From contig CAZIJW010000016.1 in the NCBI GenBank assembly GCA_964539905.1, positions 606 to 64,605 on the forward strand: a DNA stretch of 64,000 nt, read 5' to 3'. Below the pieces are notes generated by a model. That model did not search any database, was not told where the DNA came from, and worked only from the letters and a program-made list of their open reading frames with translations. A program made the translations under genes and the position numbers. The DNA comes from an uncultured Robiginitalea sp. GTDB lineage: Bacteria; Bacteroidota; Bacteroidia; Flavobacteriales; Flavobacteriaceae. Each line of letters starts with the position of its first letter. The first letter of the stretch is position 1. Shown here piece by piece: positions 10,238 to 19,454 of this stretch.

Positions 10238-12025
10238 GTGAAGCGCGTCCTTACCTTACTGGTTTTCCTCCTGGCCCTGGCGCCCTTGCAGGGGCAGCAG
10301 GATTTTCTGGCCAAACAGTATTACGCCGACGGGGAATTCGACAAGGCGGTGGTTTTTTACGAAAAGCTGGTGAGCGCCAACCCCCGGCGGATGGAATACC
10401 TGGAGCAGCTGGTCAGTTGCTACCACCAGCTCGAGCAGTACGACAAGGCGATTTCCCTGCTCCGGGCCCGGATTGAAACCGGGTCGGCCCACCCCACCAC
10501 CTACATCGACCTGGGGTATACCCATTTCCTGAAAGGAGACCCGCAGGAAGCGGAACGGTGGTACGAAAGCGGCCTGGAACTCATAGAGGCCAACCCGGGC
10601 TACGGGTATATGCTGGGCTTTAAATTCCAGCGCTACACCCTGCTCGATTACGCCCTCCGGGCCTATCAGAGGGCCATGGAACTTAACCCCGAACTGGATT
10701 ACAATACCCAGGTAGCCCGCATTTATGGGGAACAGGGGAATATTGGGGCCATGTTCGGGGCCTACCTCGACCTGATGGCCGAACGGGAAGCCATCAAACC
10801 CAATGTGTTTCGCATCCTGGAAGATTTCGTCTCCACAGACCCCGGGGCAGAAAACAATGTGCTGTTAAAACAGGCCCTGTTGGGCAGGGCCCAGGAAAAC
10901 CCGGATCCGTTGTGGAATGAAATCCTCAGCTGGCTCTTCGTGCGCCAACAGCAATTTGGCAGTGCCCTGGTACAGGAAAAAGCGCTCTACCGGCGCCTGG
11001 AAGGAGGCGGCCTGGACCGGCTCTCCTCCCTGGGCCGGATGGCGGAAAGCGCCGGCGATTTTGGTGCGGCACGGGCTGCCTTCGATTTCGTGGTAAAGGA
11101 AAGTTCGGACCCCGTGGCCCGCCTCAACGCCCAACTCCACCTGCTCGACATCACCCTGGAGGAACGCCCGGACCCCAACCTGAAACAGGTGCAGAATACC
11201 TATGAAGACCTCATGGAGGCGTATGGGTACAACCCCGGCACCCTGCAACTGCAGATCAGCTACGCCAACTTCCTTACCTTCCGACTGGGGACGCCCGGGG
11301 AAGCCATTGCCATCCTAAAGAAAAGCCTGGAACTTCCCATCCCGAATTACACGGAGGGCTACCTGAAAACCACCCTGGGGGATGTGCTGGTGTACACGCA
11401 GGCGTTCAACGAGGCCCTGATCCTCTACTCCCAGGTACAGAAACTCCTGAAAAACGACGTGATGGGGCAACAGGCCCGCTTCAAGGTGGCCCAGACCAGC
11501 TTTTACAAAGGCGACTTCGAGTGGGCCCAGACCCAGTTGAAGGTGCTCAGGAATTCCACCTCCCAGCTCATCGCCAACGACGCCATGCAGCTGAGCCTGG
11601 TTATTTCCGACAATTCCCTGGAAGATTCCACCCGGGCAGCCCTGCGAAAATACGCCCGTGCCGACCTGCTGGCCTACCAGCAGAACCGCGGGGAAGCCCT
11701 GGCCCTGCTCGATGAGCTGCTGCAGCAGCACAAGGGAGAGCGCATCGAGGATGAAGCGCTGCTGATGCAGGGAAGGCTGCTGGAGGCCGAAGGGGACTAT
11801 TCCGGGGCCCGCTTAAGCTACCTTAAAATCATTGAATTCTACGGGCAGGACATCCTGGCCGACGATGCGCATTTTGCCCTGGGGGAACTCTACCGCACCC
11901 GCCTGGGGGAACCCGAAAAAGCCATGGAGCAGTACCAGGAAATCCTGTTTCGATACCAGGACAGCTATTATTTCCCCGAAGCCCGAAAACAATTCCGAAT
12001 CCTCCGGGGCGACCCGGTCCAGTAA
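10238..12025 (+). CDS. Secreted tetratricopeptide-repeat protein
   Basis: Signal peptide, repeated TPR helices (ADDAHFALGELY, AQQARFKVAQ-like). Confidence 0.8.
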   Translation: MKRVLTLLVFLLALAPLQGQQDFLAKQYYADGEFDKAVVFYEKLVSANPRRMEYLEQLVSCYHQLEQYDKAISLLRARIETGSAHPTTYIDLGYTHFLKGDPQEAERWYESGLELIEANPGYGYMLGFKFQRYTLLDYALRAYQRAMELNPELDYNTQVARIYGEQGNIGAMFGAYLDLMAEREAIKPNVFRILEDFVSTDPGAENNVLLKQALLGRAQENPDPLWNEILSWLFVRQQQFGSALVQEKALYRRLEGGGLDRLSSLGRMAESAGDFGAARAAFDFVVKESSDPVARLNAQLHLLDITLEERPDPNLKQVQNTYEDLMEAYGYNPGTLQLQISYANFLTFRLGTPGEAIAILKKSLELPIPNYTEGYLKTTLGDVLVYTQAFNEALILYSQVQKLLKNDVMGQQARFKVAQTSFYKGDFEWAQTQLKVLRNSTSQLIANDAMQLSLVISDNSLEDSTRAALRKYARADLLAYQQNRGEALALLDELLQQHKGERIEDEALLMQGRLLEAEGDYSGARLSYLKIIEFYGQDILADDAHFALGELYRTRLGEPEKAMEQYQEILFRYQDSYYFPEARKQFRILRGDPVQ

Positions 12026-12048
12026 CCCTTAAGTTTAATATCCCGACC

Positions 12049-12360
12049 ATGTATATCTACAATGTAACCGTCCATGTCGCTGACCCCATCCGGGATGCCT
12101 GGCTGGAATGGATGCAGCAAACCCACATCCCGCAAATGCTTGCCACCGGAAAATTCATTGAGGCCCGGCTTTGCCGGGTCCTTACGGAAGATCAGGCCGG
12201 GGGGGTTACCTACGCCGTCCAGTACCGGACGGAGCACCGGGAACTCCTCGACCGGTATTACCGGGAAGACGCCCCCCGCCTGAGGCGGGAAAGCGAAGAA
12301 CGCTTCGGCGACCAGTGCCTGGCCTTCCGCACCGAACTGGAACTCCTCAGCGAACACTGA
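12049..12360 (+). CDS. DUF4286 family protein
   Basis: MYIYNVTVHV...WLEWMQQTHIP...TYAVQY pattern; precedes rsmA as in Bacteroidota. Confidence 0.75.
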   Translation: MYIYNVTVHVADPIRDAWLEWMQQTHIPQMLATGKFIEARLCRVLTEDQAGGVTYAVQYRTEHRELLDRYYREDAPRLRRESEERFGDQCLAFRTELELLSEH

Positions 12361-12689
12361 TGGCGGAAGCGCGGGAACGGCTCTTTGCCTATGGCACCCT
12401 CCTGGAGGGCGGGGTGCAGCAGGCGGTTTTCGGCCGGCTGCCCCAAGGGGAATCCGATGTCCTCCCCGGGTATGAAAAGCACGAGGGCATGGTGGTGGGG
12501 ACCTATCCGGGCCTGCTGCCCGCCCGGGCCAAAAACGGTCAGGTCGCCGGCCGCCTATTGCTCCTCACGGAAGGGGAGCTCCGGAAGGCAGATGCCTACG
12601 AAGGGCCCCTGTACCGAAGGGCCCTCCTTGAACTGGCCTCAGGAAACCGGGCCTGGGTGTACCTCCCAACGGGAAATATTGCCTTATGA
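12360..12689 (+). CDS. Gamma-glutamylcyclotransferase (AIG2-like) family protein
   Basis: LFAYGTL and ADAYEG motifs; ATG overlaps the TGA of the upstream gene. Confidence 0.8.
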   Translation: MAEARERLFAYGTLLEGGVQQAVFGRLPQGESDVLPGYEKHEGMVVGTYPGLLPARAKNGQVAGRLLLLTEGELRKADAYEGPLYRRALLELASGNRAWVYLPTGNIAL

Positions 12690-13546
12690 GACATAAAAGC
12701 GACAGGTCGTCCGGGAGAAAACCCAAGGTGAACAAGGACCCTGCCGGGGTTCGCCCCAAAAAACAACTCGGCCAGCATTTCCTGACCGACCTTGGGATCG
12801 CCCGCAGGATTGCCGGCACCCTCACCCTGGAGGCTACTTCAAATGTCCTTGAAATCGGCCCGGGCACCGGGGTATTGACCCGCCTGTTGCTGGAACGCCC
12901 CGTGAACCTCCTGGCGGTGGAACTGGACCCGGAATCTGCGGCCTTCCTGCAGCATTCCTTCCTCCCCGGCCTTGCAGAGCAGGAGCTCGCCTACCGCAGG
13001 TTCGAAGTCCTGCAGGCCGATTTCCTCAAGATGGACCTGGAAGGCCTTTTCCAGGGGGAACCCTTCGCCATCACGGGGAATTTCCCCTATAATATTTCCA
13101 CCCAAATTGTCTTCCGGTTGCTGGAAGCCCGCGCCCGGGTCCCTGAATTCAGCGGGATGTTCCAGAAAGAGGTTGCCGAACGCATCTGTGCAGGACCCGG
13201 AAGCAAGGCCTACGGCATCCTTTCGGTCCTGGTACAGGCCTATTACGAGGCTACCTATTGCTTTTCCGTCCCCCCCCACGTATTCCACCCTCCCCCAAAA
13301 GTCGACTCGGGCGTCCTGCGCCTGAACCGGAAAGCCATTACGCTGCCGGGCCTGGATGAAGCCTTTTTTTTCCGCCTGGTGAAAACGGCCTTCAACCAGC
13401 GTCGTAAAACCCTCCGCAACAGCCTTAAGGGCCTTGGCCTCTCCGATATTCTAAAAGAAGATGCTATCTTTGACCGGCGCCCGGAACAACTGGGCGTTTC
13501 AGAATTCATCGCACTTTCAAAGAGAATCTCGGATGACACCGTTTAA
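12686..13546 (+). CDS. rsmA: 16S rRNA m6,2A dimethyltransferase
   Basis: KKQLGQHFL, LEIGPGTG, GNFPYNIS, MFQKEVAER, FHPPPKVDS, AFNQRRKTLRN. Confidence 0.96.
   Translation: MRHKSDRSSGRKPKVNKDPAGVRPKKQLGQHFLTDLGIARRIAGTLTLEATSNVLEIGPGTGVLTRLLLERPVNLLAVELDPESAAFLQHSFLPGLAEQELAYRRFEVLQADFLKMDLEGLFQGEPFAITGNFPYNISTQIVFRLLEARARVPEFSGMFQKEVAERICAGPGSKAYGILSVLVQAYYEATYCFSVPPHVFHPPPKVDSGVLRLNRKAITLPGLDEAFFFRLVKTAFNQRRKTLRNSLKGLGLSDILKEDAIFDRRPEQLGVSEFIALSKRISDDTV
13465..13472 (+). promoter_or_regulatory. -7 promoter element inside the rsmA 3' end, probably driving mgtE
   Basis: Exact TATCTTTG 60 nt before the mgtE ATG. Confidence 0.45.
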
Positions 13547-14888
13547 ACTCACCGAGGAGCTGCTCAGTGAAATCGAACAGCTCATCGACAACCGCCAGGA
13601 AGACGCCCTCCACACCATGATGGAGGAGGTCCACTATGCGGATATCGCCGAGATCATCAATGAACTGAATGAGGACCAGGCCACCTACCTGATCAAACTC
13701 CTCGACAGCGGCAAAACTTCCGATGTCCTTACCGAACTGGATGAAGATGTGCGCGAAGCCATCCTGGGCAACCTCTCCTCAAAGGAAATCGCCGGGGAGC
13801 TGGAGGAACTCGATACGGACGACGCGGCCGACATCATTGCCGAACTCCCCAGGGAAATCGTGCAGGAGGTCATTTCGGAAATCACCGACCGGGAACATGC
13901 CCGCGACATCGTGGACCTGCTTCGCTACGATGAGAATTCGGCAGGGGGGCTTATGGCCAAGGAGCTGGTAAAGGTCAACGAGAACTGGACGGTACTGACC
14001 TGCGTGCGGGAAATGCGGCACCAGGCCGAAAACGTCACCCGGGTGCATTCCATTTACGTGGTGGACGACGAGGGCATCCTCAAAGGGCGCCTGTCTCTGA
14101 AAGACCTGCTCACCGCCTCTACCAAGGCGCCTATCAAGGAGGTCTACATCCCCAAAGTGGATTTTGTGAATGTGAACGAAAAACCGGAAGAGGTGGCCAA
14201 AATCATGTCGAAGTACGACCTGGAGGCCATCCCGGTGGTGGACGAGATCGGGCGCCTGGTGGGCCGCATTACCATTGACGATATCGTGGATGTGATCCGG
14301 GAGGAAGCCGACAAGGACTACCAGTTGGCGGCGGGGATTTCCCAGGACGTAGAAGCCGACGACAGTATCTGGGAGCTCACGCGGGCCCGGTTGCCCTGGT
14401 TGTTCCTGGGCCTGGTCGGCGGGGTCGGGGCGGCCGCCATTATGGGGGGGTTTGAGTCCCTGATCAGCCAGCATGCCATCCTCTTTTTCTTCACCCCTCT
14501 GATCGCTGCTATGGCGGGGAATGTGGGGGTGCAGTCGAGCGCCATTATCGTGCAGGGCCTGGCCAACGACGACCTCAAGGGGAGCATTGCCCACAGGCTG
14601 GTGAAGGAAATGATGCTGGCAGCCCTCAACGGGCTCATCCTGGCAGCCGTATTGCTGCTCTTTACCTGGTTCTGGAAGGGAAACCTCCCGACGGCGCTTG
14701 CCATTTCGATCTCGCTGATTGCCGTGATTGTCGTAGCGGGGATCGTGGGCACCTTTATCCCCCTTTTCCTGCACCGAAGGGGCATCGACCCGGCCATTGC
14801 CACCGGGCCGTTCATCACCACGAGTAATGATATTTTCGGCATCCTGATCTATTTCTGGATCGCCAAACTGCTGCTGGGCATCGGATAG
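13533..14888 (+). CDS. mgtE: Magnesium transporter MgtE
   Basis: Acidic N-domain, CBS pair (AGGLM, IPVVDEIGRLVGRITIDD), RARLPWL, AAMAGNVGVQS, IDPAIATGPFITTSND. Confidence 0.95.
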   Translation: MTPFKLTEELLSEIEQLIDNRQEDALHTMMEEVHYADIAEIINELNEDQATYLIKLLDSGKTSDVLTELDEDVREAILGNLSSKEIAGELEELDTDDAADIIAELPREIVQEVISEITDREHARDIVDLLRYDENSAGGLMAKELVKVNENWTVLTCVREMRHQAENVTRVHSIYVVDDEGILKGRLSLKDLLTASTKAPIKEVYIPKVDFVNVNEKPEEVAKIMSKYDLEAIPVVDEIGRLVGRITIDDIVDVIREEADKDYQLAAGISQDVEADDSIWELTRARLPWLFLGLVGGVGAAAIMGGFESLISQHAILFFFTPLIAAMAGNVGVQSSAIIVQGLANDDLKGSIAHRLVKEMMLAALNGLILAAVLLLFTWFWKGNLPTALAISISLIAVIVVAGIVGTFIPLFLHRRGIDPAIATGPFITTSNDIFGILIYFWIAKLLLGIG

Positions 14889-14917
14889 GGCCCGGCAGGC
14901 GTAAAACCCATACCGCT

Positions 14918-15880
14918 GTGTCAACCCCAAAAGTACTCCACCTCGACGAAAACCACCCCCTCCTGCTGCAGGGGCTGGAACAGCTCGGTTTCGAGAACCA
15001 CCTCGACTACACCGGCACCCGCGAAACCATCCTTGAGAAAATCGGGCACTACCAGGGACTGGTATTGCGCAGCCGGATGCCCGTGGACCGGGAGCTCCTC
15101 GACCGGGCGACCGATCTGAAATTCATCGGGCGGGTTGGGGCGGGCCTGGAAAACATCGATGTGGCCTACGCCCGCCAAAAAGGGATCTTCCTGGCGGCTG
15201 CCCCGGAAGGAAACAGGACCGCGGTGGGCGAACATACGCTCGGCATGCTGCTCGCCCTGTTCAACAAGCTGCATACCGCCGATGCCGAGGTGCGCAGGGG
15301 ACTCTGGCGAAGGGAGGAAAACCGCGGCTGCGAAATCGAGGGGAAAACGATCGGGATCATTGGGTATGGAAACATGGGGAAGGCTTTTGCCCGGCGCCTG
15401 CGGGGTTTTGATGCCGAGGTGATCTGCTACGATATTGTCGGGGGGGTCGGCAACGAGGATGCACGGCAGGTGGGCATCCTGGAACTGCGGAAAAAAGCCG
15501 ATGTGGTGAGCCTCCACGTCCCGGAAACCCCGGATACCCTCGGGATGGTCGATGAAGCCTTCATCAACGCCTTCCAAAAACCCTTCTGGCTCCTGAATAC
15601 CGCCCGGGGGAAATGCGTGCGCACCGAAGCCCTGGTAAAGGCGTTGCGCGAAGGGAAGGTCCTGGGGGCCGGGCTCGATGTGCTCGAGTACGAAAAAAGC
15701 TCCTTTGAATCGCTCTTTAAGGAAGGGGAAATGCCGGAGGCCTTCCGGTACCTTATCGAGGCCCCGAACGTCCTGTTGAGCCCGCACATCGCAGGGTGGA
15801 CCCTGGAAAGCAAGGAAAAACTGGCGCGCACCGTGGTAGCGAAGATTAAGGAGCACTTTTCCTATCTTTCAGGAAACTAA
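14918..15880 (+). CDS. D-isomer-specific 2-hydroxyacid dehydrogenase (SerA-like)
   Basis: RVGAGLENID, IGIIGYGNMG, LNTARG, GAGLDVLEYE, SPHIAG. Confidence 0.88.
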   Translation: MSTPKVLHLDENHPLLLQGLEQLGFENHLDYTGTRETILEKIGHYQGLVLRSRMPVDRELLDRATDLKFIGRVGAGLENIDVAYARQKGIFLAAAPEGNRTAVGEHTLGMLLALFNKLHTADAEVRRGLWRREENRGCEIEGKTIGIIGYGNMGKAFARRLRGFDAEVICYDIVGGVGNEDARQVGILELRKKADVVSLHVPETPDTLGMVDEAFINAFQKPFWLLNTARGKCVRTEALVKALREGKVLGAGLDVLEYEKSSFESLFKEGEMPEAFRYLIEAPNVLLSPHIAGWTLESKEKLARTVVAKIKEHFSYLSGN

Positions 15881-15916
15881 GCTGCCCGGCCAGGGCCGCA
15901 AGTGGTATCTGCCTTT

Positions 15917-16816
15917 ATGAAAAATATCCTGTTGATCCCTGCCCTGCTCCTCTGCGCAGGCAGCCTCGCCCAGGGCAAGTACGGACCCTTTTTTGGGAGG
16001 GACAGCCTCTTCCAAACCCTTTCGGAGCGTTGGGAAATCGATCCGGAACACTACCTCGGGAACTTCCGGATCACCCCGTACAAACCCACCTACATCATGT
16101 TCACCCGGTGGTCCTCCGATACCAACCGGCAGCCGGCGAGTTTTAACCCCGAGTATGTCTTAGAATCCCCCCTGGACCTCAATGCCACGGAACTGCGCTT
16201 CCAGATCAGCTTCAAGACCAAAATCGTCAGGAGCTTCTTCCTGAGGAACCTCGATTTATGGGTAGCCTATACCCAGAAGTCCCATTGGCAGGTGTACAAT
16301 GCGGAAACTTCCCGCCCTTTCCGGGAAACCAACTACGAACCGGAGTTGATCCTCAATTACGGCATGAGGGTCCCGTTACTGGGCTTTGACCTCAGGATGG
16401 CAGGCCTGTCTTTCAACCACCAGTCCAACGGCCGTTCCCTCCCCCTGTCCCGGAGCTGGAACCGCATCATCTTCCATATGGCTATGGAACGCGAAAACTG
16501 GCAGGTGACCCTCAGGCCCTGGATCCGTCTTGCGGATTCAGACGATGAAAACCCCCTGATCGGGGACTATTACGGCCGCATGGAAGGAATCGTGACCCGC
16601 CAGCTGGGAAGCCACCTGATCACCCTGGAGGGAACGCACTCCCTGAAGTTCGGTTCCGACAACCGGGGCAGCCTGCGCCTGGGCTGGGTATTCCCCATCG
16701 ATGGGTTCCTCCGGGGGCATCTCGAAATCTTCGAGGGATACGGGGAAACCCTGATCGATTATAACCACCGGCAATTTACCGTGGGGCTGGGGTTGTCCCT
16801 GGTGGAATGGCGGTAA
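15917..16816 (+). CDS. pldA: Outer-membrane phospholipase A1 (OMPLA)
   Basis: FQISFK, YTQKSHWQ, FRETNYEPE and catalytic HQSNG motif; signal peptide. Confidence 0.9.
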   Translation: MKNILLIPALLLCAGSLAQGKYGPFFGRDSLFQTLSERWEIDPEHYLGNFRITPYKPTYIMFTRWSSDTNRQPASFNPEYVLESPLDLNATELRFQISFKTKIVRSFFLRNLDLWVAYTQKSHWQVYNAETSRPFRETNYEPELILNYGMRVPLLGFDLRMAGLSFNHQSNGRSLPLSRSWNRIIFHMAMERENWQVTLRPWIRLADSDDENPLIGDYYGRMEGIVTRQLGSHLITLEGTHSLKFGSDNRGSLRLGWVFPIDGFLRGHLEIFEGYGETLIDYNHRQFTVGLGLSLVEWR

Positions 16817-16963
16817 CTTTAAGCTGGTCATTATCCCTCTCCTACCGACTTTTCCCGCTACACCTTCCCTGACAGGTTAAATAACGGTTAAGTACAAAAC
16901 GGGGTTTCAGAAATAGAAATATTTTTCTACATTGTTGGGGTAATCAACCAATCATTCACCACC

Positions 16964-17485
16964 ATGTCAGACGAAAAGAAAGACTTGGGCGATCAGGCCG
17001 AAGAAGCCTTCGACAAAGCCCGGGAAAAAGCCAAAGAATTCAAGGAAGAAGCCAAAGAAACAGCCGAGGAGCTCAAGGGGGAAGCCAGGGAGACCTTCGA
17101 AAAAGCAAAGGAAAAAGCCAAAGAATTCAAGGAGGAAGCCAAAGAAGCCGGAAGTGAATTCCGGGAGGAAACCAAAAAGACGGCCGAGGAGTTCCGGGAA
17201 GGCCTTCGCAGCGCCGGGGGCGACAACAAGAAAATATTGGCCGGCATCCTGGGCATCGTAGTCGGGTGGGCCGGGGTCCACAAGTTCGTCCTGGGGTACC
17301 AGAAGGAGGGAATCATCCTTTTGGTGATTTCCATTGTGGGCTTCGTGCTGAGCTGTATCGGCATCGGGGTTTTCCTGGTATGGGCCACCGCCCTGGTGGG
17401 CCTTATTGAAGGGATCATCTACCTGACCAAATCCGACGAGGAATTCTACAACACCTATCAGGCGGGCCGCAAACCCTGGTTCTGA
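16964..17485 (+). CDS. TM2-domain membrane protein with repetitive charged N-terminus
   Basis: KKILAGILGI..G..GVHKFVLG TM2 motif; GLIEGIIYLTKSDEEF; N-terminal KAKEFKEEAKE repeats. Confidence 0.85.
   Translation: MSDEKKDLGDQAEEAFDKAREKAKEFKEEAKETAEELKGEARETFEKAKEKAKEFKEEAKEAGSEFREETKKTAEEFREGLRSAGGDNKKILAGILGIVVGWAGVHKFVLGYQKEGIILLVISIVGFVLSCIGIGVFLVWATALVGLIEGIIYLTKSDEEFYNTYQAGRKPWF
17023..17146 (+). repeat. Intragenic direct repeat (24-nt exact core, 87-nt period)
   Basis: GGAAAAAGCCAAAGAATTCAAGGA at 17023 and 17110. Confidence 0.85.
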
Positions 17486-17560
17486 CCCGGGGCTGCGCAC
17501 CCTTTTACCTCAACCCGTACAGGGCTCAGGGGATTTTATGCCTGGAGGGGCCACACCCCT

Positions 17561-19372
17561 TCAGGCCCCTGCCTGCCCTTCGGCCACCTTGCGCTCCAGC
17601 TCGGCCTGGAATTCTTCCATCACCGGCTTAACCGTGCTCTCGGGGAGGTCCGAGATTTTTATATACATCAGGCCATCCACCGCATTGTTGAAAAGGGGGT
17701 CGACGTTGAAGGCCACCACCCGGGCATTCTGTTTGATGTATTTTTTGATCAGCACCGGAAGGCGGAGGTTCCCGGGCTCCACCTCTTCAATCAGCTTGTC
17801 GAACTTGTTCAGGTCGGCGCGGGCCTCATCGAACACGAACTCTTTGTCCGCATCCTTCAGCTTTACCTTGAACTCCTTCTTGGGCCGGATGTACTGTGCC
17901 ACATAGGGGTCCCAGTAATTCGACTTCATGAATTCGATCATCAGCGATTTGGAAAAGTTGGAGAACTGGTTGCTGATGCTCACCCCCCCAATGAGGTATT
18001 TGTGCTCCGGGAACCTCAGGGTGGTGTGCACAATGCCCTTCCACAACAGGAAGAGGGGCATGGGGCGTTGCTGGTATTCCGCGATGATATAGGCCCTCCC
18101 CATTTCAATGGAACGGCTCATCATGGGGTATAGCTCGGGTTCGAACCGGAACAGGTCCTGGAGGTAAAACCCGTCTATCCCAAACTTCTCGAAGATTTCG
18201 GCACCCAGGCCCATCCGGTAGGCCCCGACGATTTTTTTCTCGGCATCGTCCCAGAGGAACAAGTGGTGGTAATACTCATCGAAGCGGTCGAGGTCGACCG
18301 ATTTGTTCGTCCCCTCCCCGATGGCCCGGAAGGTCAGCTCCCGCTGCCTGCCGATTTCCTGCAGGATAAAGGGGATGTCTTTTTTCTGGGCAAGGAACAC
18401 TTCGTAATTGCGGCTTTGCAGCAACCGGCAGTCCTTCTCCCGGAGTTTTTCTATTTCACCTTCTATGACCTCCGTGCGCACCGCAGAAGCGATCCGCCTC
18501 GGGGTTTTGGGGATTTTAATCGTGCCGGGGAGCTGGTCGATCAGCCGTTCCTTTTCGTACGCATGCGACAGGATGTAGGTCTTGCGGCGGAGCAATTCGG
18601 CAAACTCTTCCAGGGTTTCCTGTTCCTCCTGCATCTCCACCGTAATGGGTTGCCCGATGCGTACCTTGATGCTGCGGTTGCGCTGGCTGGCAAGCTCTGA
18701 AGGGAGCTTTGCGGTACGGAAGATGTGGTGCACGCGCGAGAGGTAGTAAAACAACCTGCTGTTGCGCGCGTGGAAGTAGATGGGCACCACCGGCACGCCG
18801 GCACGCCGAATGAGCTTGAGGGCAGCCTCTTCCCAGGGTTTGTCGACAATCAGCCGTCCGTCCTTGTACGTGGAGACTTCCCCGGCAGGGAAAATCCCCA
18901 GGGGGTGCCCCTGGTGCAGGTGTTCCAGGGCGCGCTTGAACCCGGCCACGGAATTATTGGCGTCCTTCCGGCCTTCAAACGGGTTCACGGGAAGGATATA
19001 GGGCTTCAGGGGGACGATCCGGTGCAGCAGGAAATTCGCGATGATCTTGTAATCGGGCCGCTTCTCCAACAGCAGCTTCAGGAGCAACACCCCGTCAATG
19101 CCCCCCAGGGGGTGGTTGCTGATGGTAATGAACGGGCCTTCTTTAGGTAGCCTCTTAAAATCTTCCTCGGGGATTTCAAAATCGATTTCATAGTGTTCCA
19201 GGATCGCCTCCAGGAACTCCGGGCCGGGGAGGTCCCGGTGTTTGTTGTACACCCGGTTGATAGAGGTGATTCGGGTTAACCGCATCAAAACCCAGCCCAT
19301 AAACGTCCCCAGGGGTCCATATCGGTCCAGGTGGATGGCCCGCGCTACTTCCTTGGCAGTGACTAAACTCAT
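17561..19372 (-). CDS. Bifunctional lysophospholipid acyltransferase + GNAT-type N-acyltransferase (OlsF-like amino-acid lipid synthase)
   Basis: NHPLGGIDG and FPAGEV acyltransferase motifs; C-domain EIGRQRELTFR, DLDRFD, GAYR, EMGRAY, LLWKGI; start set at ATG 19372. Confidence 0.8.
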   Translation of the reverse strand: MSLVTAKEVARAIHLDRYGPLGTFMGWVLMRLTRITSINRVYNKHRDLPGPEFLEAILEHYEIDFEIPEEDFKRLPKEGPFITISNHPLGGIDGVLLLKLLLEKRPDYKIIANFLLHRIVPLKPYILPVNPFEGRKDANNSVAGFKRALEHLHQGHPLGIFPAGEVSTYKDGRLIVDKPWEEAALKLIRRAGVPVVPIYFHARNSRLFYYLSRVHHIFRTAKLPSELASQRNRSIKVRIGQPITVEMQEEQETLEEFAELLRRKTYILSHAYEKERLIDQLPGTIKIPKTPRRIASAVRTEVIEGEIEKLREKDCRLLQSRNYEVFLAQKKDIPFILQEIGRQRELTFRAIGEGTNKSVDLDRFDEYYHHLFLWDDAEKKIVGAYRMGLGAEIFEKFGIDGFYLQDLFRFEPELYPMMSRSIEMGRAYIIAEYQQRPMPLFLLWKGIVHTTLRFPEHKYLIGGVSISNQFSNFSKSLMIEFMKSNYWDPYVAQYIRPKKEFKVKLKDADKEFVFDEARADLNKFDKLIEEVEPGNLRLPVLIKKYIKQNARVVAFNVDPLFNNAVDGLMYIKISDLPESTVKPVMEEFQAELERKVAEGQAGA

Positions 19373-19454
19373 TGGGGATGTTTGTTGCAGGGGGTAAAGA
19401 TAGGAAAATTGGCCGCGGCTCGGAGGTATTTTCCCATCTGACGCGTTGCCTGAC

